Part shown: positions 1-10,083 of the stretch, piece by piece
How positions within the stretch are numbered: position 1 is the first letter of the stretch
Layout of the letters: every line of letters starts with the position of its first letter
From: Oceanispirochaeta sp.
GTDB lineage: Bacteria > Spirochaetota > Spirochaetia > DSM-2461
Length of the DNA stretch: 64,000 nucleotides
Assembly (NCBI GenBank): GCA_963663385.2
Contig: CAXXXD010000003.1
Span: 1,312,001 to 1,376,000 of the forward strand
Direction: 5' to 3'
Translations under genes and position numbers: made by a program
The notes under the pieces: model-generated
The model's database searches: none
The model's input: the letters and a program-made list of their open reading frames with translations, nothing else
Told to the model about the DNA's origin: nothing

Positions 1-2
1 TG

Positions 3-257
3 GCCTCTCATGTGAACGTGAGTCCGAATCATTTCAGCACGATCTTCTCACAGGAAACAGGAGAGACGTTCATCGAGTACCTGACGTCAGTTCGCATAGC
101 TAAAGCCAAACAGCTGCTCCAAAATAATAAGATGAAGTGTTCTGATATTGCCTTCGAAGTCGGATACAGCGATCCACATTATTTCAGTTTTATTTTCAAG
201 AAGAATACCGGAGTATCTCCCAGGGTATTCAGAGCGTCTGTCCAGACTTCGAACTGA
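3..257 (+). CDS. AraC-type HTH C-terminus, probably of a two-component response regulator (5'-truncated by the window edge)
   Basis: AraC signature: VSPNHFSTIFSQETGETFIEYLTSVRIAKAKQLL...IAFEVGYSDPHYFSFIFKK..GVSP. Confidence 0.85.
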   Translation, partial: ASHVNVSPNHFSTIFSQETGETFIEYLTSVRIAKAKQLLQNNKMKCSDIAFEVGYSDPHYFSFIFKKNTGVSPRVFRASVQTSN

Positions 258-264
258 CAAATCA

Positions 265-1338
265 TTAATTTACGGTCTTAGCCTTGCCCTTCAGCCAGGG
301 AGGCAGGGTGATTTTAATGTTTTTTTTGTCACGCATCGACATAACAACGCTTTGCAGGACGATAAAGAGATACAGCAATAGTCCGCTTATTATCGCCTGG
401 TAATTTGACTGGACACCTCCCGCCCTGATCAGTTCATTGATTATCAGAAGGGTCAGTGTGCCTATTGGCGCACCAAGCAGGTTACCCACACCGCCGTTGA
501 GCAGAGTGCCACCAATGATGGCCGAAGCTATGGCTTTCATTTCGAATCCCACCGCATTTCCGATGTTACCGGCTCCCGTGGTCATGATAAACACAAAGCC
601 TGAGATTCCGGCGGTCAGTCCGCATATCACGTAGGTGAAGAATTTCGTTCTTTTCACATTGATGCCTAGCATTCTGGCACTGTGTTCATTGCCGCCCACA
701 GCGTAGACATTGCGCCCGAATCGGGACCATTTCATAAAGGCAGCAAGGAAAACAACAAGGATCACGACAACGATCACACCCGGTTTTATCTCCAACGGGA
801 TGAAAACTCCCAGTCTGTTAACACGTCCAAGCCAGGGAACCACAATATCAAAATCCCTCAGGGAAACGAATTCGGGCCTGGTTACATTGATCGGATCTTT
901 ATGGAGTGTTGTAAGCAGTCCCTTTCCCAGAAACAATCCGGATAGTGTAATGATAAACGGCTGTATCTCAAGATAGGCGATAAGATATCCCTGCAGGAGA
1001 CCGAAAGCGGTACCGATGCTCACCGCCAGAAGCAAGGATCCTCCAATGCTCCCACTCTCCGATTCCAGCAATACGGCACAGGCCATGGTGACCAGTCCGC
1101 ACACCGAACCGATTGAAATATCAATACCTCCTCCGATCATAACAATACACAACCCCAGGGTCATGATGATCAGCGGAGCATTCAGGCTGAACAGATCAAA
1201 GAAGGTCTGAAACTGCATGAAACTGCCCGGGAAGCTAATAACGGCAGACACATACATCAGTACGAATATACCTGAGGCAATTAAAAAAAGAAGATTGGAA
1301 TTCGATAGTCGGGTTTTGGCTTTGGTATGAGATTCCAT
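265..1338 (-). CDS. Sugar ABC transporter permease (YjfF/RbsC-like)
   Basis: GGIDISIG and FGRNVYAVGGNEHSARMLGINV motifs; multiple TM segments; start reassigned to MESHTK (ATG at 1338), just after the upstream stop. Confidence 0.9.
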   Translation of the reverse strand: MESHTKAKTRLSNSNLLFLIASGIFVLMYVSAVISFPGSFMQFQTFFDLFSLNAPLIIMTLGLCIVMIGGGIDISIGSVCGLVTMACAVLLESESGSIGGSLLLAVSIGTAFGLLQGYLIAYLEIQPFIITLSGLFLGKGLLTTLHKDPINVTRPEFVSLRDFDIVVPWLGRVNRLGVFIPLEIKPGVIVVVILVVFLAAFMKWSRFGRNVYAVGGNEHSARMLGINVKRTKFFTYVICGLTAGISGFVFIMTTGAGNIGNAVGFEMKAIASAIIGGTLLNGGVGNLLGAPIGTLTLLIINELIRAGGVQSNYQAIISGLLLYLFIVLQSVVMSMRDKKNIKITLPPWLKGKAKTVN

Positions 1339-1339
1339 A

Positions 1340-2416
1340 CTATTCCTCCGTTGCTGTTTCAGTTGTGCTTCTCTGGGAAACAGTTTTAAAAACACCCCAG
1401 TTACTGACTCTCTCAATGTTTTTCCTGGCAAAAGATCTGACAACAGGTGAGGCAACGACCATGAGGATGATAATGAAAACCGCTTTGAAGGCGGGAATCG
1501 TCTCGGGTAATACCTCCAGTCTGAGTAAGGTTCTGTTTAACACCTCGATTGTGTAGGCTCCGAGAATAGAACCGGTGATGCTGAATTTGCCGCCGATCAG
1601 TGAGTTTCCGCCGATAGCTACGGCTAGTATCGCGTCCATCATGATCAACTTGAGAAGATTGACACTGTCGTGTCGGCCCGCTTTGTTTACAGCAATGAAT
1701 CCTGCAACAGCGGTACAGACTCCCATTATTAAAAATGTCAGGAATATGATTTTTTTCGGGCTGATACCGTTCAGTCGTGCCGCACCGGGATTTATTCCAA
1801 CAGACTCCACATAAAGCCTGAGATTCGTCGTCTTAAGCACCACGGCGAAGATCGCAATAAAGACGACGGTCAGGATTATAGACGTCTGAATCGGGACGCC
1901 CGGTATGACCGTGCCGATTTGATTCGATATATCGTTCGCCAGTATGGGTGATAGTTTTCCGTCGATCATAAAAGCGATGGATCTGCCGCCCGTAAACAAT
2001 ATGAGAGTTGCCACCATGGGTTGAACATTAAATACCGAAACCAGGACGCCGTTGAAGGCTCCCACTAGTAGTCCGGTCAAACAGCTTAAGAGGAATGCTC
2101 CCACTATAGTGAAAAGAGTGACATCCCCGCCTGCTTTCAGGACGAACATGACAAATACGGCGGATGTAATGGTGGATGCCACACCGACGCTGATGTCCTG
2201 CCCCTGTGAGGCCGCAGTCACCAGGGTCATGCCAATCGTCAGAATAACCAACTCAGAGGCACCGAACAGGATATTCGGTATGTTCCCGTATAAGGCTCCG
2301 TTGACCACGGTGATGCTGAAATAATCAGCCCCTTTGATCAGATTTATAATAATAAGCAGTACCATTACAGAAAGGGGGAGGAACAGATGAGAGGCGTGTG
2401 ATCTTATCTTACACAT
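1340..2416 (-). CDS. Sugar ABC transporter permease (YtfT-like)
   Basis: GQDISVG, ESVGINPGAARLNGI and DAILAVAIGGNSL motifs; hydrophobic. Confidence 0.9.
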   Translation of the reverse strand: MCKIRSHASHLFLPLSVMVLLIIINLIKGADYFSITVVNGALYGNIPNILFGASELVILTIGMTLVTAASQGQDISVGVASTITSAVFVMFVLKAGGDVTLFTIVGAFLLSCLTGLLVGAFNGVLVSVFNVQPMVATLILFTGGRSIAFMIDGKLSPILANDISNQIGTVIPGVPIQTSIILTVVFIAIFAVVLKTTNLRLYVESVGINPGAARLNGISPKKIIFLTFLIMGVCTAVAGFIAVNKAGRHDSVNLLKLIMMDAILAVAIGGNSLIGGKFSITGSILGAYTIEVLNRTLLRLEVLPETIPAFKAVFIIILMVVASPVVRSFARKNIERVSNWGVFKTVSQRSTTETATEE

Positions 2417-2418
2417 AA

Positions 2419-3921
2419 TTACTCTCCTCCCTGGGCTATTTTTTGCATGACATCGTTTTCTGTTATATCTATTCCACTGAGTTCCCCTACAATTTCACGA
2501 TCCTTCATAACGATCATCCGGGAACAGGTTCGGATCATTTCTTCGATTTCTGAAGAAATGAATGTCAGACTCATACCTTCTTCGGCAAGTTTCACCACCA
2601 GCTTCTGAATGTCCACCTTGGTTCCCACATCGATTCCCCTTGTGGGTTCATCGAGAATAAGATAATCAGGGTGTGTGAGGAGCCAGCGGGCCAGAATAAC
2701 CTTTTGTTGATTGCCTCCGGATAGAGTTCTGATCGGTGTCTCGGAGGAGGGTGTTTTGATTTTTAATCTCTTTATGTACTCATCCGCGAATTCTTCAGCC
2801 TGCTTCCGCGAAAGTGGTCTGAAAAAACCTTTCAGAACCTGATAGGCCAGTATGATATTGTCGCGCACGGAAAGCTCTGCCACAATGCCGTCTCCCTTGC
2901 GATCCTCGGGAAGATAGCCTATTCCCTGTTTCATGGCTTGGATGGGCGCTTTGATCTTTGTTTTTTTACCTTTCATTCTAATCTCACCGCCCGTCACCTT
3001 GTCAGCAGCAAAAATGGCACGGACACTTTCGCTGCGTCCCGAGCCGAGAAGCCCGGCGAAGCCGTTCACTTCTCCTTTTTGTATGGTGAAGTTGAAGGGC
3101 CTGACTCCTGCATCGCTGGAAATTTCTTTTGCTTCATAAACGGGCACGTTGGAACCGGATTCAGGCGGCTCATGTTTTTTTATCTTGGTGACATCATCAA
3201 GATTTTTCCCCATCATCTTCGCGATGAGTTCAATTTGGGGAAGAGACGATGTTTCATATTCACCGATCAACCGTCCATTGCGCAGCACCGTGATCCTGTC
3301 TGAGATTTCGTAAACCTGCTCAAGAAAATGAGTTATGAAGATAATTCCAACGCCCCGGGCTTTGAGCTGGCGCATGAGATCGAAAAGCTTCTTCACTTCG
3401 TCTTCGTCAAGGGAGGAGGTGGGCTCGTCCAGAATAAGAATCTTGCAGTCCATATCCACCGCACGGGCAATAGCTATCATCTGCTGGATCGCCAGGGAAC
3501 AGCTGGTCAGCTCCTGGGTCGGACTCGCGGGAATCCCGAGTGAACCGAGCAGTTGCGCCGCCATTTCGTTCATATGCTTCCAGGAGACAAAGGGATTACG
3601 GCCCCGGCCGATAAACATATTCTCCGCCACCGTCAGATTGGGACAGAGGGTTATCTCCTGATAGACGGTGCCTATCCCTGAGTCCTGGGCTTCCTGGGGT
3701 GATTTAAAGTGAATCGGGGTTCCATCAAGGACAATACGTCCGGCGTCCTTTTCATAAACCCCGGTAATGACCTTAATCAGTGTTGATTTGCCCGCTCCGT
3801 TTTCGCCCATTACAGCGTGGATTTCTCCCCTGCGGAGTGCAAAGTCAACAGCATCCAGAGCTAATACTCCGGGAAACGATTTGCTGATACCTTCCATTTC
3901 GAGTATATACACAGGCTCCAA
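2419..3921 (-). CDS. Sugar ABC transporter ATP-binding protein with two NBDs (YtfR/RbsA-like)
   Basis: Walker A GENGAGKST, ILDEPT twice, LSGGNQQKV; TTG start with AGGAGG upstream. Confidence 0.95.
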   Translation of the reverse strand: MEPVYILEMEGISKSFPGVLALDAVDFALRRGEIHAVMGENGAGKSTLIKVITGVYEKDAGRIVLDGTPIHFKSPQEAQDSGIGTVYQEITLCPNLTVAENMFIGRGRNPFVSWKHMNEMAAQLLGSLGIPASPTQELTSCSLAIQQMIAIARAVDMDCKILILDEPTSSLDEDEVKKLFDLMRQLKARGVGIIFITHFLEQVYEISDRITVLRNGRLIGEYETSSLPQIELIAKMMGKNLDDVTKIKKHEPPESGSNVPVYEAKEISSDAGVRPFNFTIQKGEVNGFAGLLGSGRSESVRAIFAADKVTGGEIRMKGKKTKIKAPIQAMKQGIGYLPEDRKGDGIVAELSVRDNIILAYQVLKGFFRPLSRKQAEEFADEYIKRLKIKTPSSETPIRTLSGGNQQKVILARWLLTHPDYLILDEPTRGIDVGTKVDIQKLVVKLAEEGMSLTFISSEIEEMIRTCSRMIVMKDREIVGELSGIDITENDVMQKIAQGGE

Positions 3922-3955
3922 TCCAAGTCCTCCTTGATGCTATACAGACTAATCA

Positions 3956-3993
3956 CGGTGCGTTTTGCAAAGACTTTTCCGCACAACGCACCG
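3956..3993 (-). other. Intergenic stem-loop between the SBP and ATPase genes (likely mRNA stabiliser or attenuator)
   Basis: cggtgcgtt...aacgcaccg 9-bp inverted repeat with extra inner pairing. Confidence 0.55.
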
Positions 3994-4033
3994 CACATAC
4001 AAAATTTCAATTGTAAACTGTACTATTCCGCGA

Positions 4034-5020
4034 CTATCTTGTAATCACGCCCTTGCCGGGGTCAGCATTGATTCCCCACTGGTCAATGATATCGTCGGTT
4101 ATCGTATCGGTAGTGACCAGCAGTTCTTTCTGATATTGTATACCACTGGGAATGTTTCCGCTTTCAATCCACTCGGCAATCTGAGCTGCCTGGCGGGGAT
4201 TACACTGCATATTGGCATTCCAGTAACCTTCCTGAACATTTCTGAGTGCAAAACGGTTAAAGTCAAAACCGATTACCTTAACCTTGCCATCCTTGCCATG
4301 GGTGATGCCGGCTGCTTCGAGGGCCTGAACAGCGCCTTGAGCCATACCGTCGTTCTGTGCATAGATGACATTGAAGTCCTTACCTGCTGCAATAGCCGCT
4401 TCAACAACTTTGCGGGCCTCTTCAAGACTCCAGCTGTCACCACCAGTTCCATCGGCCACTATATTGAGTCTATTTTCATCTGCGGCTTTAAGTACGGCAG
4501 CACTGCGGCCTATTTCTGCCGCGGAACCCAATTGCCCCCGAATAAGAACCAGATTGGTTTTATCCATATCCTGGTCCAAAACCCATTCTGTCGCCATATT
4601 ACCTTCATATTCCATATCAGAGACAAGAGCTGCCTGATAGTTTGATGGATCTGTATCAATTAAACGATCAAAAAGAATAACCTGAACACCCGCATCTTTT
4701 GCTGACTTCAGCGTGTCGTCCCATCCTGATGCGTTGGCCGCCGAGATCAGAAGATAGTCCACTCCGTCTCGAATATACCCTTTGGCCGCAGCGATCTGCT
4801 CACTGTTGTCGCCGGTATTGGTCTGCTTTGCGTCATAACCTTTGTCTTCAGAGAAGACATTGTTCATGGCATCAACATTGGCCTGTCGGTAGCCGGATTC
4901 TTCCGGCGGCAGGTTAACAATACCAACTTTAATCAGATTGGATTCCTGCTGTCCTCCGGCAAACAAAACTACCGGACCTAATACAAGTAATACAACCAGG
5001 ATAAATAGAACTTTTTTCAT
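4034..5020 (-). CDS. Sugar ABC transporter substrate-binding protein (YtfQ-like, periplasmic binding protein type I)
   Basis: Signal peptide MKKVLFIL...LFAGGQQE; ESGYRQAN, VILFDR and IYAQNDGMAQGA motifs; ATG at 5020 with AGGAGG upstream. Confidence 0.9.
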   Translation of the reverse strand: MKKVLFILVVLLVLGPVVLFAGGQQESNLIKVGIVNLPPEESGYRQANVDAMNNVFSEDKGYDAKQTNTGDNSEQIAAAKGYIRDGVDYLLISAANASGWDDTLKSAKDAGVQVILFDRLIDTDPSNYQAALVSDMEYEGNMATEWVLDQDMDKTNLVLIRGQLGSAAEIGRSAAVLKAADENRLNIVADGTGGDSWSLEEARKVVEAAIAAGKDFNVIYAQNDGMAQGAVQALEAAGITHGKDGKVKVIGFDFNRFALRNVQEGYWNANMQCNPRQAAQIAEWIESGNIPSGIQYQKELLVTTDTITDDIIDQWGINADPGKGVITR

Positions 5021-5481
5021 GTAATCCCTCCTTAGGGTACAAAGTCTCGTAAATGAGATCAAAAATAATATTTCAGGCTAAGTTCCAATAGAGAGATTAC
5101 CTCTCACTATTATTTTCCGGGAACAACGGGTTTTACCCAGTCTGAATTTTTTTTAATCAGTTTTTGCTGCAGCTTCGCATTGCGTATATTGCATCTTATG
5201 ATCTCCCATTTCAGAAGTACATGAGGTCTTTTATCAGTTTTTGTATAAAATCTTCGCTATTTATAATTTGAAGGAAACGATGATGTAAAAATGTGAGCTT
5301 TATTACGCAAATCTTTCAATTTTTTCCGATTAGCAGTTCTGTAAAGAAAGAAACAGAACATGAAGGTATCTTAGTCTATAGGCGCTTTTTCTATTATTTT
5401 ATTATTTTCTGCAATGGAAGAGGTATGATTTTACTGTATGTTAGTATTTTAAAGAGATTGTAATTCACTTACAAAGAAAAA

Positions 5482-5567
5482 ACCGGCCGCTCACAATACT
5501 ACTGCCTCAAATGTACAACGATTTTTAGTGTACACCTTCGTGTTACAGTAGTAATGATTGCGCCGGT
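5482..5567 (-). other. Long imperfect hairpin followed by a U-tract, downstream of tRNA-Thr (terminator or small structured RNA)
   Basis: Nested inverted repeats accgg/ccggt, tactactg/cagtagta and tgtaca/tgtaca; the A-run at about 5477-5482 reads as a T-run on the minus strand. Confidence 0.5.
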
Positions 5568-5616
5568 CTTCCGGTAGCCTTATAGCTTAAATTATTACTA
5601 AATAAGCATTTATTTA

Positions 5617-5688
5617 AGCCAAAAGTGGGAATTGAACCCACGACCTACGCTTTACGAGAGCGTTGCTCTACCCCTGAGCTATTTTGGC
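5617..5688 (-). tRNA. tRNA-Thr(CGU)
   Basis: Reverse complement GCCAAAA-TAGCTCAGGGGTAGAGC-A-ACGCT-CTCGTAA-AGCGT-AGGTC-GTGGG-TTCAATT-CCCAC-TTTTGGC-T folds as a cloverleaf; anticodon CGT; CCA not encoded. Confidence 0.97.
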
Positions 5689-5705
5689 AATAAATAACGG
5701 ACTCA

Positions 5706-5733
5706 ATTATACATTGTTAAAAATATTATGCAA
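5706..5733 (-). promoter_or_regulatory. sigma70-type promoter of tRNA-Thr
   Basis: TTGCAT-16 nt-TATAAT on the minus strand, 17 nt upstream of the tRNA. Confidence 0.65.
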
Positions 5734-5827
5734 TAGGGTTGCCCCAGAAAAAGTACGACCGAAGGAATTCTTCTCTGGGCACATCCAGCGGCAGTTATAG
5801 CTGGGATTCCTTTCCTCTTAAATTTAC

Positions 5828-5852
5828 AGCCAAAAGTGGAATTTGAACCAAC
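5828..5852 (-). repeat. Degenerate direct repeat of the tRNA-Thr 3' end (att-like)
   Basis: agccaaaagtggaatttgaaccaac vs agccaaaagtgggaattgaacccac (5617-5641): 22/25 identical. Confidence 0.8.
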
Positions 5853-5923
5853 TCTATTACCTTTTGATTTGATAACTATTCAACAGTTCTATTAAAAGCC
5901 CTAATTTGCTATAACTATAATCA

Positions 5924-7168
5924 ATGAAACAACTCCGCTCCATCCACTCCAATATCTACTGGGACTACAGCTTCTCATTTTTCTCTTTCTTCAACCTGAC
6001 CCACGGCCTGTGGATGATCTACCTCGCGGGGTTCAAGCATTTCAGTCTGCTTCAGCTTGGGATGCTGGAGGGGATTTTTCATCTGACATCCTTCCTGATG
6101 GAAGTTCCCACAGGAGCGGTTGCGGATATCTGGGGAAAAAGAATAAGCCGCATAGCAGGGCGCTATCTTTTTATTCTCAGTCTGATCATCCTGTTCTTTG
6201 CCGACTCTTTTCTGGTTCAAGCCCTGGGTTTCGTACTCTGCGCCCTGAACTATAACCTGGAATCAGGTTCAGGAGATGCCCTGGTCTATGATTCGGTCCT
6301 GCTGCTGAAAGAAGAAAAGCACTACATGTCTATTAAGGGAAAGAAGGAATTCCTCTATCAGCTCTCAAGTATCCTGGCTTTTCTGCTGGGAGGCTATCTT
6401 GCCGTCAGAAGCTATCCCCTTGTATTCCTTGTAACCGCTCTGTTCAGCATCCTGTCCCTGGCAAATGCCTACTTTTTTACTGAACCGGTTTTTGAGAAAC
6501 AGAAGGAAGAAGGCCATGCCAGACCGGGAAAAGAGGCTTTCCGTTTCAGTACAATCATTACCTCTATTGTAAAACAGACAGCGGACAGCCTGGGAATAAT
6601 AATTAAACGCCCCCGGATCGCCTTTCTAATAATCTTTTCGGAGCTGATATTCACCTTTACCACCAGCATGTACTTCTACCTGCAGAATTACTGGAAGTCC
6701 GGAGGACGGACAGAGTGGTATATGGGGATCGTATTTGCCCTGCAGGCGGCTCTATCCGGTATCAGCAGTGTGATATCACCCGGGATAGAAAAAAAAGCGG
6801 GTGAGCGGAATATTCTGATCTATCTGCCGGCTCTGCTGCTTGTCTGCCTGGGAGGAATTGCCCTGACACCCTGCGAATCCTTTTTCTATATTATGACAGG
6901 ATTTCTGGAGGGGATCCTTCTGGTGGCTATCAGCGACTATATAAACAGGATGATCCCCAGTGAAAACAGGGCAACTATCCTCTCTTTCCAGAGCATGTCT
7001 TTCAGCTTCTTTATGATCATACTTTTTCCCCTGATGGGATTTCTGGGAGATACCTACAGCCTTAAGCTGACCTTCCTGGCGATATTCCTCACAGCACTCC
7101 TGGTGTATATGCTGTACACACTCCGGTTTGTCCGTCAACTGCGGACAAAAGAATCCTCGCCCACCTGA
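5924..7168 (+). CDS. MFS transporter
   Basis: MFS motif A variant EVPTGAVADIWGKRIS, SGSGDALVYD and IPSENRATILS; about 12 TM segments. Confidence 0.9.
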   Translation: MKQLRSIHSNIYWDYSFSFFSFFNLTHGLWMIYLAGFKHFSLLQLGMLEGIFHLTSFLMEVPTGAVADIWGKRISRIAGRYLFILSLIILFFADSFLVQALGFVLCALNYNLESGSGDALVYDSVLLLKEEKHYMSIKGKKEFLYQLSSILAFLLGGYLAVRSYPLVFLVTALFSILSLANAYFFTEPVFEKQKEEGHARPGKEAFRFSTIITSIVKQTADSLGIIIKRPRIAFLIIFSELIFTFTTSMYFYLQNYWKSGGRTEWYMGIVFALQAALSGISSVISPGIEKKAGERNILIYLPALLLVCLGGIALTPCESFFYIMTGFLEGILLVAISDYINRMIPSENRATILSFQSMSFSFFMIILFPLMGFLGDTYSLKLTFLAIFLTALLVYMLYTLRFVRQLRTKESSPT

Positions 7169-7746
7169 TGGAACTTCATGGACTTAAGATACTTCTGATG
7201 CTGTCTGGTTCCGCCCCGGCTGTGGAATTCCACAAACTCATCCGGATTCAGATGACCCGCCACATAATCAAAGAAGAAACGGGCGTTCTGCTTGTCCCTG
7301 TACTGGGGAACAGCATAATCCATAAGGATTTCATACTTTCCCTTGCTCTCTTCCCGGAAGATAACAAGAGAGACGGGGAGAGCATTACGAAGGATGACAA
7401 AAGCCCGGGAATCATCCGGGGGGGGAAACTGGGCATCCGGAATAAACGCCCTTATATCATCCCTGTGGAATTTTAAAAAATGGATAAGGTACTGGGAATC
7501 CACCGTATGCAGTTCAAGATAATCGAATTTGTCCTTTTTTTTCTGCTCCTGAAGTAGAAAATAGATATCGATCAGGGCAATAAAGATGTTAACTCCGAAC
7601 ACCGGCCAGGCGGAAATTATCAGCCCGTACCAGGAAAAGCTGACGGCTCCGATAAAATTCATCAAACGAAGCCATTTAATATTTTTCTGCATTAAAGAGA
7701 TTGCAATAATAATTGAAGATATTGTACCCAACAGTTCTACCGGCAT
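7135..7746 (-). CDS. Membrane protein, YgjV-like N-terminal TM bundle plus a soluble C-terminal domain
   Basis: ELLGTISSIIIAISL...WLRLMNFIGAVSFSWYG N-terminus; GGGAG RBS. Confidence 0.7.
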   Translation of the reverse strand: MPVELLGTISSIIIAISLMQKNIKWLRLMNFIGAVSFSWYGLIISAWPVFGVNIFIALIDIYFLLQEQKKKDKFDYLELHTVDSQYLIHFLKFHRDDIRAFIPDAQFPPPDDSRAFVILRNALPVSLVIFREESKGKYEILMDYAVPQYRDKQNARFFFDYVAGHLNPDEFVEFHSRGGTRQHQKYLKSMKFHQVGEDSFVRS

Positions 7747-7762
7747 GGAACTCTCCCTTTAT

Positions 7763-7797
7763 AAAAAAATAGCGGCTATCTGTAAACAGCCACTATT
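7763..7797 (-). terminator. Rho-independent terminator after dapL
   Basis: Minus strand aatagtggct-loop-agccgctatt followed by a T-run. Confidence 0.7.
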
Positions 7798-7816
7798 CAT
7801 TATAATAGATTTAATT

Positions 7817-9040
7817 CTATTTTAAAGCTTCAGAGATACGAACCATAGCTTTTTCAACATTTTCCAGACTGTTAAAAGCGCTTATACGGATATAGCCCTC
7901 TCCGCATTTGCCAAATCCCGTTCCAGGTGTTACAACAACCCCTGCTTCATTCAGAATCTTGTCAAAGGTGGCCCAGCTGTCGGTACCGGTCCTGACCCAG
8001 ATATAGGGAGAGTTTGTCCCGCCGGTGCAGGCAAACCCCGCTTCGGTCATGGCTTTAAGGATAATAGCGGCATTATTCAGGTAGTAGTCGATCAGCTCTT
8101 TCACCTGCTTTTTCCCTTCGGGGGAATAGACGGCGGCCGCAGCTTTCTGTACCGGGTAGGACACACCATTGAATTTGGTGGAGTGTCTTCTGTTCCACAG
8201 GTCTTTCAGCTTGTATTCTTTTCCTTCGGAATCCCAAACCTTACAGGCTTCGGGGATAACGGTGTAGGCACATCTTGTACCGGTAAATCCGGCTGTTTTG
8301 GAATAGCTTCTGAATTCAACAGCTACTTCCTCTGCTCCGGGAATTTCAAAAATGGTATGGGGAATGCTGTCATCCCGTATAAAAGCAACATAAGCCGCAT
8401 CAAAAAGGATAAGAGCCTTATTGGCTCTGGCATAGTCAACCCATTCCTTCAGCTGCTCTTTTGTTGCTGTGGCGCCGGTGGGATTGTTAGGAAAACAGAG
8501 GTAGATCAAATCCGCATCCAGTCCTTCCGGAGAAGGAACAAATCCGTTAGCCTCGTTTCCTTCCATATAGGCCAAGCCCTCATAGCGCTGATCCTTTGCA
8601 TTACCGGTTCGCCCGGCCATAACATTGGTATCCACATAGACAGGGTATACAGGATCGGGAATCGCTACTTTTATATCCTTTGAAAAAAGTTCCTGAAAGT
8701 TTCCCGTATCACATTTGGCACCGTCACTGACAAATATGTCATCGGCAGAAATATTGACCCCCCGGCTACTATAATCGTTTTCGGCAATCAGCTCTCTTAA
8801 AAAGGCATATCCTTTCTCCGGTCCGTACCCTTTGAAAGAGTCTTCTGAGGCCAGTTCGTCAACGCCCGCATGAAATGCTTTAAGACAGGCTGAGGGAAGG
8901 GCTTTTGTAACATCCCCGATGCCCATTTTTATAAGTTCCTTTCCAGGATTGTTTTTCTGGAAGTCCGCTACTTTTCTGGCAATCTCAACGAACAGGTATG
9001 ATGCCTGTAATTTAGTGTAATTTTCGTTTATTCTGATCAT
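7817..9040 (-). CDS. dapL: LL-diaminopimelate aminotransferase
   Basis: [32 protein letters not shown] and PLP-lysine [13 protein letters not shown] motifs. Confidence 0.95.
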   Translation of the reverse strand: MIRINENYTKLQASYLFVEIARKVADFQKNNPGKELIKMGIGDVTKALPSACLKAFHAGVDELASEDSFKGYGPEKGYAFLRELIAENDYSSRGVNISADDIFVSDGAKCDTGNFQELFSKDIKVAIPDPVYPVYVDTNVMAGRTGNAKDQRYEGLAYMEGNEANGFVPSPEGLDADLIYLCFPNNPTGATATKEQLKEWVDYARANKALILFDAAYVAFIRDDSIPHTIFEIPGAEEVAVEFRSYSKTAGFTGTRCAYTVIPEACKVWDSEGKEYKLKDLWNRRHSTKFNGVSYPVQKAAAAVYSPEGKKQVKELIDYYLNNAAIILKAMTEAGFACTGGTNSPYIWVRTGTDSWATFDKILNEAGVVVTPGTGFGKCGEGYIRISAFNSLENVEKAMVRISEALK

Positions 9041-9082
9041 AATGAGATTTATTATACAGATTCTTCGTTATTTTTCTATCTC

Positions 9083-10081
9083 TTATTCGCCGGTCGGATA
9101 ATTTTCCAGCAAAATTTGTTGTATTTTGGTCAAATTTTTCCGTATTTTCTTCTGTTCCCGTTTCAGGCTGAAATTCATAAGGTATGAGGCTGGCTTTGCT
9201 TTTTTTCTGATCAGCTGATCAGGGAAACTCTGAAGAGCCTGGGGCGTATTGGATTCATTGATAAACTGTTCTATGGGATTTAACGGAAATAACCACTCTT
9301 CCCGTCCCATTAAGATAAGAGCATCAAAATCGTTTTGAACCTGATGATCCATGGCAATGTCATTTTGCGTTAAATAAAGTTTACCGAAAGGCGAATCATC
9401 CAGGGGTATTCCGCTATACTGATAGAGGGACCATTGGTGGATCATCATATAATAGAGAGCGCCCTGAAAGGGGAGTTCCATTCTTCCCTTACTGTTCCAT
9501 ACAGGATTATGAATCAGGATTTTATTACCTTTGGCTGTTCCATTATCAGCAAGGTATATCTCCTGACTTATGTACCGGATAAAGGAACTCTCCTCTTCTG
9601 CTCCGTACCCGGTAATGCCGCTTATTTTCCAGTCCAGCGGTTCTGGATAATGACTGATGAAATCTCTCAGATAATCAAGATAATCCGCATATTCGGTATA
9701 CCCCGTACGGGATGGATCAGATAAGAAAAGCAGATCTTTCGCTGTGTATTCCGATTCATCCCCGGAAAAAAAACAATCCAGGATGGTTTGATCCACACCG
9801 CTCAGAAACCACAACTCCATAGTCATTTTATTCATATCTGCCAGTACCGGAACAAGATAGGTTAAAAGCTGCAGGTCTCCTCGAAGACCGCGGGTTCCAA
9901 TAATAGTGATTTTATCCGCTTCGACGGACTGTTTTCTTATCAGGCCTCCGGGGGTTAGATAACTATATTTCAGAAAGGTTGTTAATTCATCCTTCATTTC
10001 AGAAGAGGGCGGAACAATTTCCTGATTGAAGCAGGACCAGAAAAGAGGTATACAGAGACTGAGTATCAGATATTTTTTCAT
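9083..10081 (-). CDS. Hypothetical lipoprotein
   Basis: Long ORF within the operon; lipobox-like MKKYLILSLCIPLFWSC. Confidence 0.7.
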   Translation of the reverse strand: MKKYLILSLCIPLFWSCFNQEIVPPSSEMKDELTTFLKYSYLTPGGLIRKQSVEADKITIIGTRGLRGDLQLLTYLVPVLADMNKMTMELWFLSGVDQTILDCFFSGDESEYTAKDLLFLSDPSRTGYTEYADYLDYLRDFISHYPEPLDWKISGITGYGAEEESSFIRYISQEIYLADNGTAKGNKILIHNPVWNSKGRMELPFQGALYYMMIHQWSLYQYSGIPLDDSPFGKLYLTQNDIAMDHQVQNDFDALILMGREEWLFPLNPIEQFINESNTPQALQSFPDQLIRKKAKPASYLMNFSLKREQKKIRKNLTKIQQILLENYPTGE

Positions 10082-10083
10082 AA

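Noticed and set aside
5546..5556. 11-mer cagtagtaatg whose reverse complement recurs near 49651
   Set aside because: Matches of 11 bp are expected by chance in 64 kb, and the similarity does not extend.
5482..5567. Hairpin considered as SRP RNA, 6S RNA or an integron attC site
   Set aside because: It lacks the SRP tetraloop domain consensus, is too short for 6S, and has no RYYYAAC/GTTRRRY ends.
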